Assembly (NCBI GenBank): GCA_964016885.1 | Contig: OZ024741.1 | Span: 128,898,001-128,962,000, forward strand | DNA: 64,000 nt | Direction: 5' to 3' | Origin: Eledone cirrhosa | Lineage: Eukaryota | Part shown: in pieces, positions 25,468 to 37,934 of the stretch | Layout of the letters: each line of letters starts with the position of its first letter | How positions within the stretch are numbered: position 1 is the first letter of the stretch | Position numbers and translations under genes: made by a program | Notes under the pieces: generated by a model | Databases searched by the model: none | Told to the model about the DNA's origin: nothing | The model's input: only the letters and a program-made list of their open reading frames with translations

Positions 25468-26539
25468 AATAGTACGGTAGAATATTAAGTGTTAAGTGTT
25501 AATCGAACAAGTAATTTCATGCTTTCGCAATCTTCAGGTTCATATTCTGTGGTGACAGTCAAGTTTTCAATTTTCAACTGTAATGAGATGGGTAAATTTT
25601 GTGCCTTATATACAGTGAAAAGCGGCTACAGAATGCTAAATCTTGCAAACTGTATTTCGACCAATCGGTGGGTAGTTTCACTGGATTACTGAAGCTGATT
25701 GGTTTAGGCATCACGGTTGGTTGGGCATGTCTAACGACTTCTATTTGGCCCTATTCAAAGCATCAATTGTTTTGATATTTTTAGAAATGATGAAAATAGC
25801 ATTTTCTAGGGTTTTTATATACCTAAGATTTATTATTGTTCATTTAGCTTGGGTTGGAATTTTGAAAAATATTCCCAAATGCACATATGAACTGCAAAAG
25901 CAAAAATCTAATTTACTACATTAAATGCCCGAATTGTGAAGAACTATATATCGGTCAAACTGGAAATGCACTATCGGAACGTGCACGGGTGCACCGACAG
26001 CAAATCAGAGACCCAAATGTCCGTCAGATACCCCTGAGTAACCATCTAGCAACATGTGGTCAGAAAATATTTATAATATTTCCATTCTACAAATTACACA
26101 GACCAAGTGAAATCAAGAGAAAAATCAAAGAAAAGAATTTTATTGATAAATTCCAACCCAAGCTAAATGAACAATAATTCTTAGGGGTATAAAAACCCTA
26201 GAAAATGCTATTTTCATCATTTCTAAAAATAGCAAAACAATTGATGCTTTGGATAGAGCCAAATAGAAATCGTTAGACATGCTCAACCAACCGTCATGCC
26301 TAAACCAATCAGTTTCAGTAATCCAGTGAAACTACACACTAATTGGTCGAAATACAGTTTGCAAGATTTAGCATTCTGTAGCCGCTTTTCACTGTATATA
26401 AGGCACAAAATTTACCCATCTCATTACAGTTGAAAATTGCAAACTTGACTGTCACCACAGAATAAGAACCTGAAGATTGCGAAAGCATGAAAGTACTTGT
26501 TCAATTAACATTTAACACTTAATATTCTACCATACTATT
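25468..26539 (+). mobile_element. 5'-truncated Penelope-like element: GIY-YIG endonuclease C-terminus with an inverted terminal repeat
   Basis: ORF 25887-26177 (NCKSKNLIYYIKCPNCEELYIGQTG...ERARVHRQQI...LSNH...QPKLN) is a PLE-type GIY-YIG domain. 25468-25862 is the reverse complement of 26148-26539. Confidence 0.9.
26466..26502 (+). ncRNA. Minimal type-I hammerhead ribozyme in the Penelope terminal repeat (mirror copy at 25505-25541, minus strand)
   Basis: gaac-CTGAAGA-ttgcgaaagcat-GAAA-gtac-TT-gttc: stem I gaac/gttc, intact core, palindromic stem III AAGTACTT. Confidence 0.75.
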
Positions 26540-26685
26540 CAGATTATATCTATAAAATTCAGATTACATCTATATATATACACATACATACATATATATA
26601 TACATTCATATATATACATACATACACACATATACAAATACACATATACATGCATATATATACACATATACATATATATACATGC

Positions 26686-26718
<33 letters not shown>

Positions 26719-26844
26719 CAATATGTATAGGATTCCTTTCCATTTGAGCACATAATTTACAGGGAATAACGCGACTATGGCTCTGTTAATTTATCTTCAT
26801 ATATATATATGCATATATATACATACACGCACACATATATGCAT

Positions 26845-26901
<57 letters not shown>

Positions 26902-27430
26902 ACTTGACGATGAGCATTCTAGTTGTTCAATAAACTGATTGAATAATACAAACGATGTTTTAATATACAGATTCATTATTTGTGTATATATAATGTATAC
27001 AAAGCATATAAATAAATTTACAGTAGAATAACATAGCAAATATGTTTTAAATATATACATAAATAACATTGCCAATGCTTAAATAACATTATAAATTGCT
27101 CGCGATTCTTTCAGAAGGATATATTCCTTTAATGTTGCAATATTAAAGAAAATATACGTATATATATATATACATACATATATTTATTCAACTCTTTCAT
27201 AAGAGATGACAAACACTCAACAGTTTATGTTTATCCGATGTTTTATTATAATAATTGTTTCTACTTTGGCACAAGGCCAGCAATTACCCAGTGTATTACT
27301 GGTACTTTATTTTATCGACCCCATAAGGATGAAAGGCAAAGTTAACCTCAGCGGGCTATAATAATAAACAAGTAAAAACCACCAGTGTATTGAATCTATA
27401 ACCTATGAAAGGCAGACTATAGACACGATA

Positions 27431-27975
27431 ATTAAAAATATAAATTAAAGCGTAAATAAATACCTCTATAACTATATAACACACGTACAAATCCAAAGAG
27501 ATCTGTTTCGCCAGTAAGTTGTTGACAGAAATGGAGCGTGTATAAGGCTATACAATTCAGACACTAAGAATTTTAAAAGTAACTGTCCAGCTACACGTGG
27601 AAGAGAGAAGTCACAGCGTGTTTAAGTTCAGTGAACCAGTGGCCTCTGTGGGACGAGCTGCTAGAAAGGGCAGCCCAAAACCACTCAGAGAAGTGTGCTT
27701 AACCAAACAGAGGGATAGGAAAGACTGTTATAAGGAGCAAAATATCACGATAAATTAACGGAGCCATTCCCTGTAAATAAATAATGTGCTCAAAGGAGAA
27801 GAAATCCTGAGCTCTTTAAAATACAATATGTTGAAAAGGTAACACACTAGAGAGAGATATTAAAAATATAAATTAAAGCGTACATAAATACCTCTATAAC
27901 TATATAACACACGTACAAATCCAAAGAGATCTGTTTCACCAGTAAGTTGTTGACACCCCGGTTCCTCAGCTTCAG
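27431..27975 (-). repeat. ~97-bp direct repeat (offset 428 bp) overlapping a hammerhead core
   Basis: 27431-27527 matches 27859-27955. The minus strand at 27910-27975 reads CTGAGGA-accgg...ctggt-GAAA-cagatc-tctttg-gatttg-TA. Confidence 0.65.
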
Positions 27976-28336
27976 ACAACACTAAGAGAAATTTGGCGCC
28001 AATCTTTTCCTTTTGAAAGAAAAATGGCGCCAAACTTTTCCTTTTGAAAGAATAATGTGATTTGTCACGTGATATTACCTCTAAATATGTGAATACGTAC
28101 ACAGCATTTTCCTCACGAAGGGCGAGAGTAGCGATCGGAAACATATATACATATACACACAAACACATACACACCACACACATATATATATATATACACA
28201 CGCAGAAACACACACATACAATAACGACGTGTACTACTATTCTGGAGGAGCGAATGATGGAGAAGATGAAGCTCTCTGCCGCAGAATAAATGGTATTTAA
28301 TTTTAATAATAATACTATATATATATAGAGAGAGAG

Positions 28337-28438
28337 ATGAGATTCTACAGGACTAGAACTGTTTCATTCTTTAGAAATCATCAGGAATTCCTGATGATTT
28401 CTAAAGAATGAAACAGTTCTAGTCCTGTAAAATCTCAT
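28337..28438. ncRNA. 102-bp spacerless palindrome made of two back-to-back hammerhead motifs
   Basis: Centred on GAATTC (28385-28390). Each arm reads attc-CTGATGA-tttctaaagaat-GAAA-cag-ttctagtc-ctg-TA-(g/a)aat. Confidence 0.7.
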
Positions 28439-28621
28439 TTATATTAAAACTTTTATACTCTGCAATGTATTGAGTACCTTACTTACTGTAGTTACCTCCG
28501 ATTCAACCCGGAATAACGTATATATATATATATATATTTCTTAATTGAATTGATTATCATTATCGTTTTTATGGCAAAAGATAGATAGGGAGGGAAAGAG
28601 ATAGACGGAGGGAAATATTTT

Positions 28622-28671
<50 letters not shown>

Positions 28672-29020
28672 AGAAAGAAGAGAAAAAACGAGACCCTTAG
28701 AAACGAATAAGAGTCATCAAAGCGATCATATGTATTGCTTTAAACTGTAATGCGAAGGGATACACTAGTATTTGAGGTACCATCATTTGGGATTTTAACC
28801 CTCGGACTTTCCCCTCCCGGTTTTGAAATTTAGGGGAAATTTAGGGGTGACTGGGAATATTACATAATGTAGGGATTTTCTTTTCCTTTTCTATCATTTC
28901 TTATTTATGTATTTATATATTTACTTATCTATTCTCGTGATTGATATTCCGACAAATGTTAAGGGTGTATTTTGGTTTTTTATTATGTCAGGTATAGCAT
29001 CCACAAATTTCTCCCTTCCC

Positions 29021-29058
<38 letters not shown>

Positions 29059-29060
29059 AA

Positions 29061-29140
29061 CACAGTGTCCCAAAAAATGTATACACACTTCCACAGCAAA
29101 GTAATCAAAGTGTGTATATATTTTGGAGGGGACACCGTGT
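29061..29140. mobile_element. Small Tc1/mariner-like MITE
   Basis: Imperfect inverted ends cacagtgtcccaaaaaatgtatacacactt and aagtgtgtatatattttggaggggacaccgtg. Confidence 0.5.
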
Positions 29141-29795
29141 GTATATATGTGTGTGTAACTAGTAAAACTGTAAAAATGCAGCGGTATATTCTAATTTGGC
29201 CCTTTTAAGGGTCACCTATATTTTCATTTAAGTAACTCCACTTACGCGTGGTAGTAATAGGGAAATAAACGATGTTTTGCTTTCATCGGCTGTTTCGATT
29301 GACAGCTAATAGCGTTGTAGTGCCAAAGCTGCTTCTATTTCTGTTTAAATACGATTGGAATACCTTTGATCTGCTAAATCAAGGGTTGAACAACAGCGGG
29401 GGGCGGGGGGTATATAATCAGAGCCGGATGTAATGGAAGGCAAAGGGGACAATTGCTTCAGGTCCCCTGCAGTGGGGTGCAAGGCACAAGCGACGGCCGT
29501 AGTAATTTATTTGTGCCCTCAGCTGGGCTTTTTAGTTTTAGGATGGTTAGAATTTTTCAATTACTTGTACCAAGCTAACTTTGATATGTAAAATTGGAGG
29601 AGGTTTGCTGTGTATTCTAATGGTTTGTGTATGAACCCCACCCATGATGATGACCCTTAATATACAATTAACATATTTCTCTGCAACGATGTATATTGTA
29701 CCTATTTGTTGATCTTTTGAATGGAAATGAAATTGAATTTAGTTTATAAGTAAGACAGTATACAGAGGATGGTCTATAGAATCAATTTTAATGTA

Positions 29796-30221
29796 TACAC
29801 TCGGGTCTCAAATAATTGTACACCAGCCCGTTTATTAATTTTCCTGATTTTTTCAAAACCTTCTGCCACTTATTAAATTTTGCTAATCTATCTCCAGCAG
29901 AATGCTACCACTTAAAATAAAATTTCGCTGGAGATAGATAAGTAAAATTTTATTTTAAGTGATAGCATTCCTGCAACAATTCATTTTCTCTAGACATTAA
30001 AAAACATTAAACATGATAAAAAAAGTACATTACTAGAAATCACGTACAATATAAAACAAATAGGATGGGTTGGGGGTTTCAATATGTAAACTAAACATAT
30101 AATTCTGGTTTTAAAGAGATCAACGAAGACAACTTAGAAAAATTACTGATCTTTCAACCGCTCCTCTTATTTGAACTTCTCCACTTATTCCAGACCCCCT
30201 ATTATTTGGGACTCAAGAGTA
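29796..30221. mobile_element. pogo/Tc1-like MITE
   Basis: Inverted ends tacactcgggtctcaaataat and attatttgggactcaagagta, with internal inverted segments near 29870-29970. Confidence 0.5.
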
Positions 30222-30595
30222 CTTAAATTTGTATAACAAAATACTGGTGTGTCACAAGACACTAGGTTGTGTATATAAAGTTTAATTAACAAGTTGAAGT
30301 TATGTAGTATAGAATTGTTGACATGTCAAGAGTAGATGAAATATGAAGTAAAGTTATTTGTTACCGTTTTGAAGTGAGCTCGCAAGAGACCATGTTAGGG
30401 TTGCCAGAGAGTAGAGACTCGGCGAACGCGCCTGGTCGAAGGCCAGCAGCCGAAAGGGCAAATGAGAGAGAGATCGCTCTGAGTATCCCTTTTATAGAGA
30501 CTCAAGACGGAAGTGACAAAACGGGTTCTGCCACACCAACGGGAAGTAACTCCAGCTACTTCCTGTCTAGAGATCTCTCTCTCATTTGCCCTTTT

Positions 30596-31220
30596 TAGTC
30601 TATCCACCGAAATTGTCTCTCTGGACCCCTTAACGTCTACAATGAAATGTTTGTCAGTACGTGCTAACACACAGTAGGGTCCAGAGTATGGTTGTGTGAG
30701 GGGTGGTCTCACAGCATCGTTCCTTACGAACACATGGTTCCACGAGGCAATATCCCTCGGGACCGCAGGTTTTACAGTTTGTTTCCTCGTATCTATCAGC
30801 GGCAGGTCCTGAAAATAAGAATGCAGACGGGATACATAGGAAAGCGGATCTGGGAAAGCAAGATCAACAGGGGTAAGCATTTGCCCAGGCAACGCTAGAG
30901 GAGCACCGTAAAGTAATTCGGCCGGGGAGAACCCCGGGTCCTCCTTTATTGATGACCGAATTCCTAACAACACAATAAGAAGGTTCTCGCTCCAACATTG
31001 AGAGTCTGGATAGGCGCGAAGAGCAGCCTTTAATTGGCAGTGGAATCGTTCCACCATTCCGTTTGAAGCAGGATGATAGGCTGTGATCCGAATCCGTTGA
31101 GCTCCAATTATCTTTGTGAGCTCAGAGAAGAGATGGGACTCGAATTGTCTACCACGGTCTGTGGTGACTGTAGTTGGTACCCAAAGTGGGTAATCCACCC
31201 TGAAACTAGGGCACGTGCTA
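30596..31220 (-). mobile_element. Ty3/Gypsy integrase fragment (CsRn1-like)
   Basis: [37 protein letters not shown] and a GPY/F module (VFVR...PYSGPY...ISVDRLK). Frameshift near 31180, no LTRs seen. Confidence 0.9.
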
Positions 31221-31557
31221 CATTTGTATTAGTACTAAACATAAAATACATACTCTTTATCTGTGAAGGTGTGGCAATATTTTTTAACTGGAACATTTAT
31301 ATAACTTAATGGGATTGGGATTTTTTAGCTGTTTTGTCTAAAAGCAACAACAAAATATAATATAATAATTTAAGCTTCTTGATACTTATGTTTTTTGTGT
31401 ATATGTGGTCTTGTTTTGTGTGTGTTATTGTTTAGTCCTAGGTCATTCCTGATTGAACAGACGTATAATCAAAGACATTACATCCATGACCCTCCGGTCT
31501 TTTTTTCAGATAAAGTATATTTAGGACCACATTATCCAATATTTCTTTTTTTTTTTA

Positions 31558-31774
31558 CCCTTTAGTATTTAAACCAGCTGCATCTAGCCAGAATTCTCTC
31601 ACCTCTTTCTGTTCAAACCGGCTGTAGCTGGCCGGTCTTACTGATGTTAAAGTATTGTTCTCAAAATAAATAATATCAAAATCTCATAGATTCAATATTA
31701 TGGGAGATATGTGAGGTTAAGTGTTGATTGTGAAAATACAATAGTAAATATAGAGTAATGTAAATGCTAAAGGG
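31558..31774 (+). mobile_element. piggyBac-type MITE (CCCTTT...AAAGGG)
   Basis: Ends ccctttagtatttaaac and gtaaatgctaaaggg|ttaa. Homologous copies at 35269, 35676, 39904 and 41379. Confidence 0.7.
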
Positions 31775-32281
31775 TTAAGACACTAGGGTATAATTTAAAG
31801 GAGATTTGGCTGCTATTTCCAGTCAGTCAAGCACAGAGGCTTCCTCATTGGCTCATTGTGTTTGTGTCTGTCCTTATGTATGTGTTTCAAAATTTATAAA
31901 GATATCACCTTATCTGTGAGGAACTTTTATAGGCTGATCCTTAGCTCCAGTGGATGAGAGATAAATCTTCCCCTGTATAGAAAGCTGTCCATCTCAAGTA
32001 ACATCTCTTGGTGTTTTTGTATCTATCATCAGAACATCTAAAACTGAGTCTTGTAGAATTATCATATATGCCAGCGTACAAGTCATTCTGTTGCATAGGT
32101 CGACCACTAATATTCTGAGGTGTGATTCAGGTTTAGGTCAATATTTGCCAGATAAGAGGACCCCCCAAAAATAATGCAGTACCATCTCCTCAGCTGTAGA
32201 TGCACTTGCCATTCTTTATTTGCACAAAATATAAAACATGGAAATAAACACTGAGTTAACCAGCCTAGCCTAACCTTAACG

Positions 32282-32424
32282 AACCTATGGTAACCTACCC
32301 TATAGTAACCTACCCTATGGTAACCTACCCTATGGTAACCTACCCTATAGTAACCTACCCTATGGTAACCTACCCTATGGTAACTTACCGTATAGTAACC
32401 TACCCTATGGTAACCTACCCTATG
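32282..32424. repeat. 15-bp minisatellite (taacctaccctatgg), about 9 units
   Basis: Direct inspection. Confidence 0.9.
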
Positions 32425-32429
32425 TCATT

Positions 32430-32620
32430 GGTGGATTGGCAGTATCGGTAGAGGGTTGGAAGCCATGCTTTGACATATAGAGTTACGGCCCTTGCCGTTC
32501 TGAGTTCAAATCCCGCCGAGGTTAACTTTGCCTTTCATCCTTACGGGGTCGATAAAATAAAGTACCAGTAATGTACTGGGTAATTGCTGGCCTTGTGCTA
32601 ATAGTAGAAACAATTATTAT
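32430..32620 (+). mobile_element. tRNA-derived SINE (family B)
   Basis: A-box TGGCAGTATCGG, B-box GTTCAAATCC and body gcctttcatccttacggggtcgataaaataaagtacc. Other copies lie near 27260, 34150, 34992, 38645, 42450, 42665, 43650, 54970, 55760 and 58590. Confidence 0.75.
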
Positions 32621-33214
32621 AATCTCTACGTTAAATAGACTTAACAAATATGAGATTCAGTAGGAAATAATTGTGGTGGGCTACTAGAGTTATGGTAAGT
32701 GGTGTACAACAAGTGTTTCACTGTTTTCTCTCTCAGTGGTAAAGGTTCACATTTTATATTTGGCGGAAAAATCGACCCCTGGATTTGGAGATAATTTTAG
32801 GCTCCAAATGTCAACTTGTACGCCAATGTGTAAATACACAGTAAAAGGCCAGCAGTGAATTTGAACTGAAAACTTTGGGGCTTATAGACCAATACCATAT
32901 GCACTTAGACATTTCACTTCCATAGACTATGAGAAATAGAGTTGAGTGTGTTGGTAAGGTATCAGATAACTTCATGTTAACTTGTATCAGTTTGTGTCCT
33001 GTGAATCATTTATGATACCTAACTTTAAATAGCTATGATGGGGATGTATCTTCAGCATCTCAAGATAGCTGTTGATCTTAGCCATAGCATATAGCTCATA
33101 AACCCACTTACCAGAGGTCAGTATGTACGAAAAAGTGATATGGTTTACTACTGGAAGCAGAAGAACCATTGTAAGGTCAATATGTTGAGTTCAAATCTTA
33201 ATCATGAGCTTATA

Positions 33215-33815
33215 CCTCAAGGTGGGGAAATTCAAGTATCTCGGCGTTGTGTTCACAAGTGATGGAGACAGGAAGCTTAATTAAGTACAAGAATTGCAGG
33301 AGCTGGTGCAATAATGTGCCAGCTTCAGCATTCAGTAATCAGAAGAAGGGAGGTAGGTGTAAAAGACAAACTCCTCAATTCAGTATTCGTGCCAACCCTT
33401 ATTATATGGTCAGGAATCTTGGGTAATGACCAGAATAATATGATTGCAAATACAAGTGGCCAAAATGGGGTTCTTCCGAAGGGTCTTTGGAGTAACTTTA
33501 GTAGATAAAGTGCATAGTTTGGAAATCAGGGAGTCACTCCAGGTAGAGCCGCTACTTCTCCGAATTGAGAGATCACAGCTCCGATACTATGGGCATGTGG
33601 TTAGAATCACTGGACAGATTTTATGAACAAAACCAATTGGCAGGAGACCCTGGAGCAGACCCTAAGGAAGATGGTTGGATAACATCCATGAGCTTGGCTG
33701 GTCTCGCTTGGAGATCCAGTCAGATCAGTTGGAGATGGTTACTTCTGACAGAACCCACTGGAGGGAGTGTTAGAGGACTCTGCCTCCAACAATCCTCTCA
33801 GGAATAAGTGAGTGA
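33215..33815 (+). mobile_element. RTE-type LINE 3' fragment (second copy at 37290-37895)
   Basis: FKYLG, VFVPTL, LRIERSQLRYYGHVVR motifs with multiple frameshifts. Confidence 0.8.
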
Positions 33816-35268
33816 AGAAGTTAAACTGTAAATAATTTTCTGTATCGGTTGAAATTGACTTCATCACAACCGACCAATCAAAAGATTTATTGATTCTACA
33901 TTATAGAGTATTATTACTGCTACATACTGCAGCGAAGTATGTCATGTCAATTATGTGGGAGTGAATTGTTTATTATTGGTGACAGCTTGAATATGGAACA
34001 CAACACAGGGTCCTCAAAACTATGTTTTGTTGGTTCTGAGGTATTCTCAATCCTAAACTCTTCCATCATCAGATCATTGACACAGTACAGATATCATAAT
34101 GGGGCTCCAAATAGGAATGAGTCATAGGTGTTTTGAAATAAAGTCTCTTTTATATTGTTTCTACTTTAGGCACAAGGCCAGCAATTTGAAGGGGAGGGGA
34201 AAGTTGATTAAATCGACCCCGGTGCATTGCTGGTACTTTATATATCGCCCCATAAGGATGAAAGGCAAAGCTAACCTCAGCGAGATTTGAACTGAGAACC
34301 TAAAGAGCCGTAACTCTGTCGCGAAGCAGAGCGTCGAAGGTTAAAATCCTTTAACCTTTAACTCTACAAAAAACTTCAGCAATGCTGGTATAGTCACTGC
34401 CCATCTCTTGCTATTATAAGCAAATGTGGACCCACGCGCTGGCGGTCCCGGCAGACAGAATAGAGAAAGGTGAGGGAGATGCACTGGAAAAACCATTCCA
34501 GCTCGCGCGGCTCACACCTGCAGGTAGCCAACTCCATGTTGATAGTGTTGAGTAGTGAAATGGTCCTAGGGCCAAGGTCATCAGAAGTCTATAACCTAAA
34601 ATTTAGTGATGAATGAAGAGATTTACCTGAAATTTACCCTATATTTGCTTTCAGCAGTCATTGTAATGAGGTGTCCTTGGGGTGTGAATAATACCCAAAA
34701 TTTAGGGCAACTGTTAGAAAATATGTGATCATGAATTAAACTATGTTAATATATACTATATATATACATACACATATATATATAGACACACACTCATATA
34801 TATATATATACTTTATATATATATATACACTCACATATATATATATACTTTATATATATATACACTCACATATATATATATATACTTAAATCGTATTTGT
34901 TTGTTAATTTTGTTCTTTCTTTTCTTTTTGTGTGTTTCGCTTGAAATGACATAAAAATGATATAATGGTGTTGTTATTGTTGTTATTGTTAGGGTGGTGG
35001 ATTGGCAGTATCGGTAGAGGGTTGGACGCCATGCTTTCCAGCATAGTTACGTCCCTTTACAATCTGAGTTCAAATCCCGCCGAGGTTGACTTTCGGGGTC
35101 GATAAAATAAAGTACCAGTAATGTACTGAGTAATTGCTGGCCTTGTGCCTAAAGTAGAAACAGTTATTGTTAGTGTCAGTTGAGAGAGCTGTAGGGTTAC
35201 TGTGGAGCAAGGTAAATGATACTATAACCTAGTTGTAGGATTGGATCACTAGTGGTGTAATGTTTTAA

Positions 35269-35488
35269 CCCTTTAGTGTTCAAACCGGCCAAAACCAGCC
35301 AGAATTCTCTACCTCTTTCTGTTGAAACTGGCTGTAACTGGTCCCTCATACTGTTGTTAAGGTATTGTTCTCAAAATAAATACTTTCAAAATCTCATAGA
35401 TTCGATATTATGTGAGATAATTATGCAAGGTAAAGCCTTTACTGTGGAAACATAATAGTATATATAGAGTAATGTGAATGGTAAAGGG
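35269..35488 (+). mobile_element. piggyBac-type MITE with TTAA on both sides
   Basis: ttaa|ccctttagtgttcaaac ... ggtaaaggg|ttaa. Confidence 0.75.
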
Positions 35489-35706
35489 TTAACAGTCTCT
35501 AGATGTTGTTGTTGTTATTGTTGTTATTGTTTTGTAGCCCTAGGTCAGCCTTGATTGAGTTATTCTGTGGCAAGCAGGATGTCTGTCCATCAAATAATAA
35601 GGTGTTACCCACAGATCCATCTTCCTTGATAGCTTTCTACCTTCCTCTTACCAGTCTTGCATACTAAGTCTTTAACCTTTTAGCATTTACATTACTATAT
35701 ATACTA

Positions 35707-36860
35707 CTAGCTGAATTGCCCGGCATTGCCCAGGTTACTGCTGTTCTTATTCAGATTAGTAAACAATTAATATGAAGATATGTTTGTTTTTCTCATAATT
35801 ATTTCAAAATATCTATATTTTATTTTTTCAAATATCAAAATTGTAATGATAATAGAATTTAGAAATGAAAATCTGTCAATCTTGAAGAACCTTATGGTAA
35901 ACAATATTCATTGTGTAATTTTTTGTTGGTGTCCAAATGAATAAATTGTTGCCACACACTCACACACATACCCTCTCACACACACTCACATACATATACT
36001 AAGACATACATTCACACAGACTCACGCATAGCTTTCACCTCATTTTTTTGTCAGTTGTTACATATATGTATGTATGTGTAGATATGTGTGTGTATTTAAT
36101 AATGTACCTAATGAACGCGCACACACTCACTCACAGACACATATATATTCATATACAAAAGGTAATGTCATTGTGTTGTTTTCTATTATTTTAATCCAAA
36201 TGAAAATAAAAATGATCACACATACACTCACACCCATTACTTGTCTGTCAACAGATATGTATCTGTGTAGATGTGTGTGTGTTTAATTGTCTGTGTGTGA
36301 AAATAATGTGTATGCAACTTACTAAGGCTATATGTATGTGTAGATGTGTGTGTGTATTTAATTATGAGGCCTAAAGTTAAAATAAAGATTATCACACATA
36401 CACTCTCACATACATATACTAAGACACACACACACAGATATACATTCACGCACACACACACCTATTACTTGTCTGTCAAGTAATAGGTGTGTGATGTATA
36501 TATATATGTGTAGATGTGTGTGTGTGTTTAATTCTCTGAGGCCTAACATACAACAAACTCGCAAACACACACACACTCCCAGACACATACACACTCATAT
36601 ACAAAATGGGACATGGTGGGGGTTTACTATAGTTAATTGACTATAGAAAGATTATTTAGATAAAATATTATGTTGTTTTAATCTAAATGAAAATAAAAAT
36701 TACATGTTGACACTCCCGGGGTCTAATAGTATTAGACCCCGGGAGTATCAACATGTAATTTTTATTTTGATTTGATTTGATTTTGTCGAGCTGTTTGAGA
36801 ATGCATAAAGAAAAGATAGATAAACAGATAGAGAGACAAAGAATTTTATATAGAGAGAGA
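35707..36860 (-). mobile_element. Non-autonomous Helitron inserted at an A|T site inside a piggyBac-type MITE (host spans 35676-37028)
   Basis: The minus strand starts TCTCTCTCTATATAAAA and ends with hairpin cctgggcaatgccggg followed by CTAG. The flanks rejoin as tacta|ttgtattttc, the MITE sequence. Confidence 0.8.
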
Positions 36861-37289
36861 TTGTATTTTCACAATAAAGACTTTATCTTACATAATATCG
36901 AATATACAAGATTGTGATATTATTTATTTTAACAATACCTTAACATAAGTATGAGTGGCCAGTTTTAACAAGCTAAGAAGGAGGTGAGAGAATTCTGGTC
37001 AGATGCAGTCAGTTTAAATGCTAAAGGGTTATTTTTTTTAATCAATTTTGTGGATTTACTTTGCATTTGACTACATGAATCATATATTTGATGAAGAATG
37101 ATTCCCAAATGATATTACTCTACTCAAAGGGTTAAAAAGAAGGTAAAGGCCTTATCACTTTTTCAGTGCTCTACTGATTGTAGTAATGTAATACATTGTA
37201 CCACTGCATAGTACCTGTTTGAATCTAGAAAGGCTGGACCATTAAAAGTTTAGTTTCTTCATAATAATTGTTAAAGCATACTTTCCTCC

Positions 37290-37895
37290 GAAGTTCAAGT
37301 ATCTCGGGGCTGTGTTCAAGAGTGATGGAAGGCAGGAGGCTGAATTAATTGCAAGAATTGCAGGAGCTGGTGCAGTAATGCGCCAGTTTCAGCATTCAGT
37401 AATCAGAAGAAGGACGGTACGTGTAAAAGCCAAACTCCCTGTCTTCAATTTGGTTTTCGTGCCAACCCTTACATATGGTCATGAATCTTGGGTAATGACT
37501 GAAAGAAGACGAACAGGAATACAAGTGGCCGAAATGGGATTCCTCTAAAGGGTCTTTGGAGTAAAGTTACTTGATAAAGTGCATAGCTCAGAGATCAGAG
37601 AGTAACTCCAAGTAGAGCTGCTACTTCTCCGAATTGAGAGATAACAGCTCCAATACTAAGGGCATGTAGTTAGAATGTCTCAGGAAAGAATCACTGGACA
37701 GATTTTATAGGCAAAACCAACTGGCAGGAGACCCAGGGGTAGACCCCGAGCAAGATGGATAACATCCATGAGCTTGGTTGGTCATGTCTGGAAATCTAGC
37801 TGGATCAGTTAGAAATGGTTGCTTCTGACAGGACCTGCTGGAAGGAGTATTTGAGGACTCTGCTCCCATAACCCCCTCAGGAATAAGTGGGTGAG
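37290..37895 (+). mobile_element. RTE-type LINE 3' fragment
   Basis: ORF 37312-37548 (FVPTLTYGHESWVMTER), homologous to 33215-33815. Confidence 0.8.
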
Positions 37896-37934
37896 GAAGA
37901 AGAGAAGATATATATAGTGTATGTATATATATAG

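Noticed and set aside
27990-28075. Promoter-like motifs (TTTGGCGCC, AAAATGGCG, CACGTG) or a possible LTR primer-binding site
   Set aside because: Short motifs within a local ~30-bp duplication, with no linked exon or LTR that I could establish.
32430-32520. tRNA gene
   Set aside because: The A and B boxes belong to a multi-copy SINE head and no cloverleaf can be formed.
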